This document shows positions 1-7,450 of a stretch of 64,000 nucleotides of DNA, in pieces. Made by a program: the position numbers and the translations under genes. The stretch lies in the sequence record PQ351811; one strand, given 5' to 3'. The stretch is from Shigella phage SSG23. The notes beneath the pieces are model-generated. The model was not told the DNA's origin. It made no database searches and saw nothing but the letters and a program-made list of their open reading frames with translations. Within the stretch, counting starts at the first letter, position 1. Each line of letters begins with the position of its first letter.

Positions 1-4
1 ATCT

Positions 5-115
5 ATGACTGAACAGGAACGAATGATGTTGATAGGTGGACCGGAGTTCACTAAATTTGATGCAATTCTTATTGCGTTGGGGTTTCTTATGATCTGTTGT
101 ATGGTGGCGCTATGA
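5..115 (+). CDS. small hydrophobic protein (36 aa)
   Basis: ATG at 5, stop TGA 113-115 overlapping next ATG (ATGA coupling); hydrophobic C-terminus; below track size cutoff. Confidence 0.3.
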   Translation: MTEQERMMLIGGPEFTKFDAILIALGFLMICCMVAL

Positions 116-333
116 GTAGCATAAAATATTTTGCTTTCTTGTGTTTTATGATGTTCTTTACATTCTTAGCATGTGTATTCTTTACATGGCTTGCTCATGT
201 TGATAATGCAACCGGACCGTTTTACTTCTTTTGTGTGCTGTCGGTGTTGACTGGTGCTCTTGTTACGTGGATGATTCGAGATTGTTACGGAATGTATAAG
301 TTTGAAAAGACTCGACCGAAATGGGGCAAATGA
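112..333 (+). CDS. small membrane protein
   Basis: Track ORF 97..333, ATG at 112; strongly hydrophobic (2 predicted TM segments). Confidence 0.45.
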   Translation: MSSIKYFAFLCFMMFFTFLACVFFTWLAHVDNATGPFYFFCVLSVLTGALVTWMIRDCYGMYKFEKTRPKWGK

Positions 334-515
334 TGAAACTATTTGCGTGGCTAATTATTTTAAATGTAATTATTAAGACTGTTCTCGCTGGTTTACTGAT
401 GATACATAGCACGGAACCAGAAGAAGCATTAACGTATTGTGTTGCTTATGTGTTGGGATTCTTGCTTACTGCGTGGATGTGTGATGAATATCGAAGAATT
501 GAGGTAAAACCATGA
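321..515 (+). CDS. small membrane protein
   Basis: Track ORF; hydrophobic; start overlaps upstream stop. Confidence 0.45.
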   Translation: MGQMMKLFAWLIILNVIIKTVLAGLLMIHSTEPEEALTYCVAYVLGFLLTAWMCDEYRRIEVKP

Positions 516-730
516 AGATGACTTTTTATATCTTAGCAAGTATCATGCTTGTGATCTCTTCTGCACTATTTGCATTTCTTACCGTTTGGGGGATCTGCAC
601 TGATGCGAAGCCGTGGGATATCGTAGAAAACACTGTTATGTTTATTATCAGTCTCATGTGTCTGTTTGATGCATTTAACTCTATCAAAGAAGAAGATCAA
701 AAACGTCGCGAAAGAAAGCTATATAAATAA
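512..730 (+). CDS. small membrane protein
   Basis: Track ORF; ATGA overlap with upstream ORF; hydrophobic N-terminal two thirds. Confidence 0.5.
   Translation: MKMTFYILASIMLVISSALFAFLTVWGICTDAKPWDIVENTVMFIISLMCLFDAFNSIKEEDQKRRERKLYK
722..729 (+). promoter_or_regulatory. T4-late-type promoter motif TATAAATA
   Basis: Exact TATAAATA overlapping stop codon of ORF 512..730; gp55 late sigma gene is present in window. Confidence 0.4.
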
Positions 731-734
731 TAGT

Positions 735-906
735 GAACTAAAACAGCGCGGTTAGAATGATTTGGACGTCACCTAGCCGCATTTATTGCAGCGTATGGGG
801 TTAATCCGGTACGCTAAAGCATTCACTTGCTAGGCCGCTAGCAGGTTGGAGACAAGGAAGATTCGCTACCTTCCCTATAAGCCACTCTTCGGAGTGGCTT
901 TTTTAT
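735..906 (+). ncRNA. candidate structured noncoding RNA (about 170 nt)
   Basis: No ORF over 15 codons and no SD; three internal hairpins (e.g. TGCTAG-GCCG-CTAGCA); bounded by late-promoter motif and intrinsic terminator. Confidence 0.3.
880..906 (+). terminator. intrinsic terminator
   Basis: AGCCACTC-TTCG-GAGTGGCT stem-loop followed by TTTTTT. Confidence 0.65.
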
Positions 907-932
907 TGCCTAAAATTTTTTAAAAAAAGTTG

Positions 933-961
933 TTGACACCAAATCGTGCCTATAGCATAAT
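933..961 (+). promoter_or_regulatory. sigma70-consensus early promoter (PeSL-like cassette)
   Basis: TTGACA, 17-bp spacer, CATAAT; followed by conserved leader ACACCCATCGAAACGAAACAC and GGAG SD. Confidence 0.7.
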
Positions 962-1007
962 ACACCCATCGAAACGAAACACACTTTCTTAAACGGAGAA
1001 TCAAATT

Positions 1008-1193
1008 ATGGCACGTCGCATCACTAAAGCACTGAAAGCAGTAAGCAAAGAAAACGTAGTAGCTATTCTGGTAATCTGGGGTTATAACGAAGAATCCGCT
1101 AAACAGAAAGTTGAAGCGGGGTTTGAACTGGCAGTAAAAGCAATGCCGAATGATGACTCTGTAGGGCTGGCAAATTATATCGCATATTTCTGA
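1008..1193 (+). CDS. hypothetical early protein
   Basis: Track ORF directly downstream of promoter and GGAGAATCAAATTATG initiation region. Confidence 0.55.
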   Translation: MARRITKALKAVSKENVVAILVIWGYNEESAKQKVEAGFELAVKAMPNDDSVGLANYIAYF

Positions 1194-1201
1194 TAAAAGT
1201 G

Positions 1202-1231
1202 TTGACAGGGGGAGGATAACTCCCCTACAAT
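1202..1231 (+). promoter_or_regulatory. sigma70-like early promoter
   Basis: TTGACA then inverted repeat GGGGAG..CTCCCC in spacer then TACAAT; conserved leader CATCAACGAAACGGGAGAATCAAAATG. Confidence 0.6.
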
Positions 1232-1260
1232 ACAACCATCAACGAAACGGGAGAATCAAA

Positions 1261-1482
1261 ATGATCAACTTTAAAGAAGCAGCGAAAGAAATTATCGACT
1301 TTGAGCGCGAATTGTTTGAAATGGAACCAAATATGAGCAAACTGGAACTGGCTAACCAGATCTGGTACTCTAAAATGAATCCATCTGATCGCCTAGAAGT
1401 TATGAACATTGTAGGCGAAGTGAAAGGTAGTGCACTAATGAAACTCCGCGCTTGCCACGCTTACATCGCTGATCAACTGTAA
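1261..1482 (+). CDS. hypothetical early protein
   Basis: Track ORF after promoter with GGAG SD. Confidence 0.55.
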   Translation: MINFKEAAKEIIDFERELFEMEPNMSKLELANQIWYSKMNPSDRLEVMNIVGEVKGSALMKLRACHAYIADQL

Positions 1483-1493
1483 GAGGGTATATT

Positions 1494-1682
1494 ATGGGGG
1501 AGAAACCATTAGTACAACTAAGAGTACGCTATAACCAGATTTTAGCATTACTTAAGGCTGAGGGTGTAGATCCATCGGACCGCGAGGCTGTAAAAGCGTG
1601 TCTATCTGATACGGTACAACCAAAACAAAACTATGCTTGTTATATGTACTTTCAAAATCGATTGAATAACGTTAAGTGTTGA
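1494..1682 (+). CDS. hypothetical protein
   Basis: Track ORF; SD GAGGG upstream; tiles with neighbours. Confidence 0.5.
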   Translation: MGEKPLVQLRVRYNQILALLKAEGVDPSDREAVKACLSDTVQPKQNYACYMYFQNRLNNVKC

Positions 1683-1691
1683 GGTGATACT

Positions 1692-1880
1692 ATGGAAGAC
1701 AAAATTGAACAATTACGCGAATCCGCTAAAGAGCATGGTATGAGCGAAGAGTTTGTAGAATGGTTTATTTCTAAAAAGGCTGATTCCTGCGGGTGCTTTA
1801 ACTTCATTACTATGTCCATTATGTGGGAAGGTTGGAAAGGTGCAGTAGAAACTGCTCTAGAAATTATGAAAAAAGACTAA
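1692..1880 (+). CDS. hypothetical protein
   Basis: Track ORF; SD GAGGTG upstream. Confidence 0.5.
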   Translation: MEDKIEQLRESAKEHGMSEEFVEWFISKKADSCGCFNFITMSIMWEGWKGAVETALEIMKKD

Positions 1881-1887
1881 AAAAGTT

Positions 1888-1916
1888 GTTGACAATGGGT
1901 CGGGTGTATAGCATAA
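1888..1916 (+). promoter_or_regulatory. sigma70-consensus early promoter (PeSL-like cassette)
   Basis: TTGACA-17-CATAAT; 8-bp inverted repeat GGGTGTAT/ATACACCC straddling -10; conserved leader. Confidence 0.7.
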
Positions 1917-1959
1917 TACACCCATCGAAACGAAACACGAACTACTAAGGAGTATCAAA

Positions 1960-2286
1960 ATGAAACCAGTATCTGTTAAAGTTATCTTCTCTGAATCTTC
2001 TGTATTCGCTAACGCAAACGAAGTATTCCACTTCGAAGACTTCGAGCGTAAAGCACTGGACGCGGCAGCAAAAGCCTATGAAAGCGAATATGACAAAACT
2101 CAAATCGAGGTTACATTCGAAGACGGCACTACTTACGCTTGCCGCCTTGACCTGGGTGATCGTCTGTCTGGCTTCCGTCACCATGTAGAGAAGACAATCG
2201 CTTTCTCTAAAACCGAAAAAGGAAAACACTACTTTTCTGTATTCGGTACTGAAAATCTGGATTTCTTGAAAACGGTTTCTTTCTAA
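1960..2286 (+). CDS. hypothetical early protein
   Basis: Track ORF after promoter and AAGGAG SD. Confidence 0.6.
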   Translation: MKPVSVKVIFSESSVFANANEVFHFEDFERKALDAAAKAYESEYDKTQIEVTFEDGTTYACRLDLGDRLSGFRHHVEKTIAFSKTEKGKHYFSVFGTENLDFLKTVSF

Positions 2287-2294
2287 GGTATATT

Positions 2295-2477
2295 ATGAAA
2301 AAGATTAATTGGTTAGCGAACATAGGCGCGGTATGCGCCTTTAACATCCTCGGATGGATAATGTTACATTTTGATGATCGCGTTTCAAAATGTGAAGGTG
2401 GATTGATTCTAGGATCTGCTAGTGTTTTCATTATGCTGTATGCAATTATAGTTGACTTAAACCGCGAGGATTGTTAA
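2295..2477 (+). CDS. small membrane protein
   Basis: Track ORF; hydrophobic; SD AAGG upstream. Confidence 0.5.
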   Translation: MKKINWLANIGAVCAFNILGWIMLHFDDRVSKCEGGLILGSASVFIMLYAIIVDLNREDC

Positions 2478-2478
2478 T

Positions 2479-2679
2479 ATGAAAATTAATAATAGTGCCA
2501 TCAGATTTTCGAGCGTATATGCTAGTTTCATTGCGCTGGTCTGTATGTTTGTTTTTATTCCTGTTGTACTTCTTGGATATTGTGATATTGAAGTAGCATT
2601 GATTGCTGGGATCTATATGTGGGTTGCGGTCTTTGTTCTTTCAATTGTAATGTGCAAGATTATTGACTATACTGATTAA
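2479..2679 (+). CDS. small membrane protein
   Basis: Track ORF; two hydrophobic segments. Confidence 0.5.
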   Translation: MKINNSAIRFSSVYASFIALVCMFVFIPVVLLGYCDIEVALIAGIYMWVAVFVLSIVMCKIIDYTD

Positions 2680-2697
2680 CTGTGTGAGGATTATATT

Positions 2698-3018
2698 ATG
2701 AGCAAACTGTTTGAAACTCCGCGCGAAATTCTGATTGATAAACTGAAAGAGCGTGGTTTTAAGATCAAAGATGCAACCAAATACAGCAGAATTGATGAAA
2801 TTAAGTTGCATTCTCTTGATGAACTGGTAGAATATGTTGCGGCAGTGGCTGATCCGCAGTTTGATGTTATTGTAGGTGACGTTGAATATCTCGATAATGT
2901 ATATTCATTCTTCACTTATGGTAAAATTGTGTCTGTGAAAATTTCATTCTGTGAAAATGTGGAGGTACTTGCTAGTGAACCAGAAGAACCAACTAACAAC
3001 GGTCCTACGGCAGCGTAA
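2698..3018 (+). CDS. hypothetical protein
   Basis: Track ORF preceded by GAGGATTATATTATG initiation cassette. Confidence 0.55.
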   Translation: MSKLFETPREILIDKLKERGFKIKDATKYSRIDEIKLHSLDELVEYVAAVADPQFDVIVGDVEYLDNVYSFFTYGKIVSVKISFCENVEVLASEPEEPTNNGPTAA

Positions 3019-3289
3019 CAAGGAAGACCGCCTGATTTATGCGCTGGCTGTTATCCTAGAAAAAGAATTACCGGATCTTGAGGTAGTCTTTACTGACAGA
3101 CCAGTAGGCCAACGTTACGGCGGATATGATAGCCTAGTTTATCCTTCATATAGCCTTGAAATGTGGGTAGAAGATTTTAAAAACCTGGCTGATACATCTA
3201 AACCGCTTTATCTATGGGATGTTGAGTATAATTGCGATCCTAACTGGCCTGGTATTAATGTTTATGCGTCTATGACTTTGAAGGTGTGA
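2951..3289 (+). CDS. hypothetical protein (start uncertain)
   Basis: Track ORF in +1 frame overlapping upstream ORF by 68 nt; no SD at annotated start; AAGGAAG at 3020-3026. Confidence 0.3.
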   Translation: MKMWRYLLVNQKNQLTTVLRQRNKEDRLIYALAVILEKELPDLEVVFTDRPVGQRYGGYDSLVYPSYSLEMWVEDFKNLADTSKPLYLWDVEYNCDPNWPGINVYASMTLKV

Positions 3290-3291
3290 TA

Positions 3292-3450
3292 ATGATTGAA
3301 CAAATGTTAACTGCAACGGTAATGGCTTTCTGTATGGTTGTTGTTATGATTGCAATGATCCCTAAAGAGAGAATGAGTCTTCTTGTCGCTGTCTGTGTGG
3401 GTGTTGTTTGCGGATGGTTTGGAATCGCTTTAGAACAAGCTCTGCGTTGA
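3292..3450 (+). CDS. small membrane protein (52 aa)
   Basis: ATG 2 nt after upstream stop; highly hydrophobic; below track cutoff. Confidence 0.4.
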   Translation: MIEQMLTATVMAFCMVVVMIAMIPKERMSLLVAVCVGVVCGWFGIALEQALR

Positions 3451-3511
3451 TTAACAAAGCGGGTAGGGGAATGTACTACCCGCACTAAATTAGCTAACTG
3501 GAGGGCTTTCT

Positions 3512-3700
3512 ATGGCGTTTTATCTATGGTTGATTATAGTATGCTTTGTGCTGGGGTTGTGCTTCTATACTGGCGTATTCTGTTTGATTGGCTGGATAAA
3601 CGGAGGATTCTCTAGTATCATTTTGCTTGCCGGATCAATCGCCTCGTTTCTGTTGATATGGCTTTTTTCTTATTTGTTTGGTGAATGGGATTTATTATGA
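3512..3700 (+). CDS. small membrane protein
   Basis: Track ORF; SD GGAGGG upstream; hydrophobic. Confidence 0.5.
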   Translation: MAFYLWLIIVCFVLGLCFYTGVFCLIGWINGGFSSIILLAGSIASFLLIWLFSYLFGEWDLL

Positions 3701-3876
3701 ACAAATATATGTTTTGGGCGATCCTTGCCTATGTTGTGATTGCGGTAGTCTGGGGACTCTGTGTTATTGTCGCTTCCCTGATCTGGTGGGAATCACTTGG
3801 CGTGGGTTGCTTGATTAGTGGTGCATCCTCTCTTATTATGGGTGTGATTGTTGGGTTTCTTGTGTCGGGGGATTGA
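3697..3876 (+). CDS. small membrane protein
   Basis: Track ORF 3685..3876; ATG 3697 in ATGA overlap with upstream stop; hydrophobic. Confidence 0.5.
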   Translation: MNKYMFWAILAYVVIAVVWGLCVIVASLIWWESLGVGCLISGASSLIMGVIVGFLVSGD

Positions 3877-3878
3877 CA

Positions 3879-4094
3879 ATGGTTTTCTTCGGTCTTATTA
3901 TAATGGTGCTTAATGTCATTTGTGGCGTTGCTATGTTAGCTATGGCCTTTACTGTTCCTATGTCTGTTGATAGCGCCGCATCCGTAGGCGTGTTGGGAAT
4001 TGTAAACCTGTTTACCGCCCTAGCATGTTGGATCACCGGACGAGATGAGGTAATGTATTACTTTTATAAACGTAAACAGAGAAAAGGAAAATAA
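3879..4094 (+). CDS. small membrane protein
   Basis: Track ORF 3873..4094 (TTG); first ATG at 3879; hydrophobic. Confidence 0.5.
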   Translation: MVFFGLIIMVLNVICGVAMLAMAFTVPMSVDSAASVGVLGIVNLFTALACWITGRDEVMYYFYKRKQRKGK

Positions 4095-4095
4095 T

Positions 4096-4287
4096 ATGAG
4101 ATTTGCATTTGGTTTTACCGTGATGTTGATTATTGCTCTGAGTATGTGTACCGGAATGCTTGTATTTGGTCTTGCAAACGGATTTAGCATTTATAATGAT
4201 CCGTGGGTTGATTGGGGGATGGTTGCTGTTAATGCGATCCTGATTGGTGCTAATACAAGAACTCTATGCAGGATCACAGGAATCTAA
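4096..4287 (+). CDS. small membrane protein
   Basis: Track ORF; SD AAAGGAAAA upstream; hydrophobic. Confidence 0.5.
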   Translation: MRFAFGFTVMLIIALSMCTGMLVFGLANGFSIYNDPWVDWGMVAVNAILIGANTRTLCRITGI

Positions 4288-4315
4288 ATATTATCACTCA
4301 CAAAGGGGGTGAATA

Positions 4316-4705
4316 ATGTTTAAATTATCTAAAAGAAGCAAAGATCGGCTTGTTGGCGTACATCCAGACCTGGTAAAAGTCGTTCATCGTGCATTAGAAC
4401 TGACTCCGGTCGATTTTGGTATTACGGAAGGTGTGCGTAGTCTAGAAACGCAAAAGAAATATGTTGCGGAAGGTAAATCTAAGACTATGAAATCTCGTCA
4501 TCTTCACGGTTTCGCGGTTGACGTTGTAGCGTATCCTAAAGATAAGGATACATGGAACATGAAATATTACCGCATGATCGCTGATGCATTTAAACAAGCT
4601 GGTCGAGAATTGGGTGTTCCTGTTGAATGGGGTGGAGATTGGACCAGTTTCAAAGATGGTCCTCATCTACAATTGCCACACAGCAAATACCCAGATCCAA
4701 AATAA
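4316..4705 (+). CDS. peptidase M15-type endolysin (L-alanyl-D-glutamate peptidase / VanY-like)
   Basis: SRHLHGFAVDV (SxHxxGxAxD zinc motif) and C-terminal DGPHLQL His; SD AAAGGGGGTG; sits where T4 has lysozyme e. Confidence 0.8.
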   Translation: MFKLSKRSKDRLVGVHPDLVKVVHRALELTPVDFGITEGVRSLETQKKYVAEGKSKTMKSRHLHGFAVDVVAYPKDKDTWNMKYYRMIADAFKQAGRELGVPVEWGGDWTSFKDGPHLQLPHSKYPDPK

Positions 4706-4767
4706 AATATTAACCATCAACGGGGAGACAATCTAAGGATCTCTCCCCGTTCACTGGAGACTTTACC

Positions 4768-5253
4768 ATGAATATTGATGTAAAATTAGAAAGTAAAGAT
4801 TTGATTTATGCTGCGTGTGTATCTGCCGTAAATGGCATCATAGAACGCCGTAAGCGACGCAATTTTGCTGATGACCTAGATTCCATAGTCTCAATCAATT
4901 TAGGCCGTCAGACAGGGCATACAGACGCTACAATCAAGTTATATGACCATTATACGCGAAAAGGCTATAGTGTCTTTATCGTTTCAACGACGCGGGAACA
5001 TGCCAAAACGATCCGAGATCGCGGTCGCGGTGAAAATGTCAACATTTCAAATGTAGATTGCACGTCGATCCGAACTTTCCTGAATCCGATCACTTGGCGA
5101 GGTCGTAGTCTTGACAAAACAATTTTTATCCTAGATACTACCATGCGCGGATTTACTGACAGCGTATTGCAGTTTTTAGAGTTAAATCGACTTAGTGTTG
5201 GGATGGGTAATGTAGAAGACCAACCTATTTTCATTGGCTTAGGTATCAACTAA
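4768..5253 (+). CDS. hypothetical protein
   Basis: Track ORF; SD GGAGA upstream. Confidence 0.55.
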   Translation: MNIDVKLESKDLIYAACVSAVNGIIERRKRRNFADDLDSIVSINLGRQTGHTDATIKLYDHYTRKGYSVFIVSTTREHAKTIRDRGRGENVNISNVDCTSIRTFLNPITWRGRSLDKTIFILDTTMRGFTDSVLQFLELNRLSVGMGNVEDQPIFIGLGIN

Positions 5254-5390
5254 TGAAAAATAAAGATAGCGTAGCTCGTCGATTCCGTGCTACAATCAAT
5301 AAGAATCGTAAAGTCCAACCTGATAAACTCTATGGGGTTTTGGTTGGAAAAGTTAATGACGAACGTCCTGATCTATAAAAGAGGTGAATT

Positions 5391-5807
5391 ATGGAATTTA
5401 AAGCAATTCAAATCATGAAAGGTGAGCATAAAGGTACTATTATTGGTGGACACTTCGCGCCTATGATTCTGGTATCCGAACCGAAAGCACTGATCGGCGC
5501 TAAAGTAATTGTTAGTAAAACTTTCGCAGAAGACCATGTGATCACCGCAGAAGACGTCGATTCGCTGGAACTGCACACAACTAGCTTCCGTCCTGTTGTT
5601 GTAGATAATGGTGCTCCGGTTGTCGAAGGTGGTCAACACCTAAATGTTAACGTATTGTTACGAGAAATGTTGCTGGACGCGGTTGAACATCCTGAGAAGT
5701 ACCCGCAGCTTACAATTCGCGTTTCTGGTTACGCAGTGCGCTTCAATAGTCTGACTCCAGACCAGCAGCGTGACGTGATCGCGCGTACCTTTACCGAATC
5801 TCTCTAA
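5391..5807 (+). CDS. grcA: autonomous glycyl radical cofactor GrcA/YfiD-like protein
   Basis: C-terminus [49 protein letters not shown] with glycyl-radical motif RVSGYAVRF; SD AGAGGTG. Confidence 0.85.
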   Translation: MEFKAIQIMKGEHKGTIIGGHFAPMILVSEPKALIGAKVIVSKTFAEDHVITAEDVDSLELHTTSFRPVVVDNGAPVVEGGQHLNVNVLLREMLLDAVEHPEKYPQLTIRVSGYAVRFNSLTPDQQRDVIARTFTESL

Positions 5808-5817
5808 TTTTTCATCA

Positions 5818-5846
5818 AGCCAATCCGAAAAGGGTTGGCTTTTTCT
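5818..5846 (+). terminator. intrinsic terminator
   Basis: AGCCAATCC-GAAAA-GGGTTGGCT stem-loop followed by TTTTTC. Confidence 0.6.
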
Positions 5847-5893
5847 TTATAGTGTGATACGATGCAATCTCTTAATCAACTGAGGGTTTAATT

Positions 5894-6592
5894 ATGCATA
5901 CAATGGTTAAAATGGTCTTTGGATCTCACTTATACGGCCTTGATACTGAAAATTCCGATAAAGATTATCGTGGTATCTTTGTTCCAACTGCGAAAGAAAT
6001 TATCTTAGGATCGATGAAAGAACACTATGACCAAAGCACTAGCGGTCAAGGTATCAAGAACACCAAAGACGATATTGATGTTAATATGTTCAGTCTAAAA
6101 AGGTTTATCAACCTGGCATGTAAAGGTGATATTGGCGCTATTGACATTGTGCACGCGCCTAGTAACATGTTGATTGAATCCTCCAGAGAATGGGAATACA
6201 TCCGAACACATCGCGATAAATTCTATCATGTTGGTATGTGGGGTTGTTCTGGCTATCTCAAAAAGCAGGTAGCCAAATCTGAAAAGTATTTCAGTAACTG
6301 GAAAGATCTTTCTCATGCTCTGCGTGTTGGTTATCAGCTACTTGAAATCTATCAGACAGGTGATCTACAATTCCCACTCGCTCGACGTTCTTCTATTTTA
6401 GCGTGTAAGTTAGGAGAAAGAACCTTTGATAATGTGCGGGAAGAATTGAAAGATCTCTACGAACGTGTTAAACTCGCGCGTGAAGAGGCAAAGAAAAACG
6501 GGATGCCAGAAGAACCAGATGTTGACTTTTGGAAAGATTTATTAGAATATATTCATCTGACCGTTGTTCTTGAACACTATACCCGTGGTTAG
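5894..6592 (+). CDS. minimal nucleotidyltransferase (pol-beta superfamily fold)
   Basis: N-terminal FGSHLYGLDTENSDKDYRGIF matches hG[GS]x(9-13)DxD NTase motif; downstream DIDV acidic residue. Confidence 0.7.
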   Translation: MHTMVKMVFGSHLYGLDTENSDKDYRGIFVPTAKEIILGSMKEHYDQSTSGQGIKNTKDDIDVNMFSLKRFINLACKGDIGAIDIVHAPSNMLIESSREWEYIRTHRDKFYHVGMWGCSGYLKKQVAKSEKYFSNWKDLSHALRVGYQLLEIYQTGDLQFPLARRSSILACKLGERTFDNVREELKDLYERVKLAREEAKKNGMPEEPDVDFWKDLLEYIHLTVVLEHYTRG

Positions 6593-6613
6593 TTAATATA
6601 GGAGATTAATAAA

Positions 6614-6808
6614 ATGCAAGTTTATACCAATAGCAATAAAGGACAAGATATTACGCCCGGAAAGATGTATGATTTTACCCCGGCACGAGACGACGAAAAT
6701 CCACCGACAATCGGTTACATCAAAGATGATATAGGTTATCGTATTACGATACTTCTTGATGGTGGATGTTCTCATCTTCGCGGTGATAAATGGGAGTTAG
6801 TACCATGA
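6614..6808 (+). CDS. small protein, tandem paralog 1
   Basis: Track ORF; shares GK(M/L)Y.FTP...GYIKDD.GY motif with next ORF. Confidence 0.5.
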   Translation: MQVYTNSNKGQDITPGKMYDFTPARDDENPPTIGYIKDDIGYRITILLDGGCSHLRGDKWELVP

Positions 6809-7050
6809 TGTATGTTATGACACCTTATAGTAGTAGATCTTACATCACCCCAAATAAACTGTATAAGTTTACGCCAGATGAAAGAATGTCTACCTACGGT
6901 TACATCAAAGATGATAAAGGATACGAACTTTTTATTTCTCTGAAAAGTTGTGCATACCTTGATGACCGTCCGTGGACACTGATCGAAAAACCAAAACAAC
7001 CTGAGAATAAAGGTCTTTGGAATGTGCTAAAAAAATTCTTGAAAAAGTAG
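6805..7050 (+). CDS. small protein, tandem paralog 2
   Basis: Track ORF 6790..7050, ATG 6805 after GGGAG SD; paralog of 6614 ORF. Confidence 0.5.
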   Translation: MMYVMTPYSSRSYITPNKLYKFTPDERMSTYGYIKDDKGYELFISLKSCAYLDDRPWTLIEKPKQPENKGLWNVLKKFLKK

Positions 7051-7079
7051 TTGACAGCATGAAACGGGGGTAGTAATAT
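7051..7079 (+). promoter_or_regulatory. sigma70-like early promoter (PeSL-like cassette)
   Basis: TTGACA-17-TAATAT with inverted repeat GGGGGTA/TACCCCC; conserved CATCGAAAC leader. Confidence 0.65.
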
Positions 7080-7110
7080 ACCCCCATCGAAACAACAACG
7101 GAGTATTAAA

Positions 7111-7449
7111 ATGAGTGTTAAAGAAGTGTTTGTTTATACCGACTATGACGGGTGCGCCTATATCACCGCCGGAAAACTTTACCGATGTGAAATTATTCAT
7201 GGTACATTAGGTCGAATTATGTGCGATCCGGTTACAAAATTGTGGAAAAGCAATCCTAGTGAGCGAGAAACTCTTATTAACCTAGATCCAGACGGTTGTT
7301 CACATTTGGACTATAGAAAATGGCATATCGTGACACATGATGCTTATGGTATTCATCTTGCTACTAAAGAATTAACTATAGAGAAATTCAAGTTTAAAGA
7401 AATCCCGTTTGTATACTGGCTTCGCAATTTGTTCAAGAAAGGAGAATAA
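7111..7449 (+). CDS. small protein, tandem paralog 3
   Basis: Track ORF after promoter; GKLY....DPDGCSHLDYRKW resembles paralogs 1 and 2. Confidence 0.55.
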   Translation: MSVKEVFVYTDYDGCAYITAGKLYRCEIIHGTLGRIMCDPVTKLWKSNPSERETLINLDPDGCSHLDYRKWHIVTHDAYGIHLATKELTIEKFKFKEIPFVYWLRNLFKKGE

Positions 7450-7450
7450 A

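Noticed and set aside
735-880. Possible tRNA gene in the structured intergenic region
   Set aside because: No acceptor stem complementarity, no GTTCRANYC-type T-loop or canonical D-loop could be found by hand; kept only as a generic ncRNA candidate.
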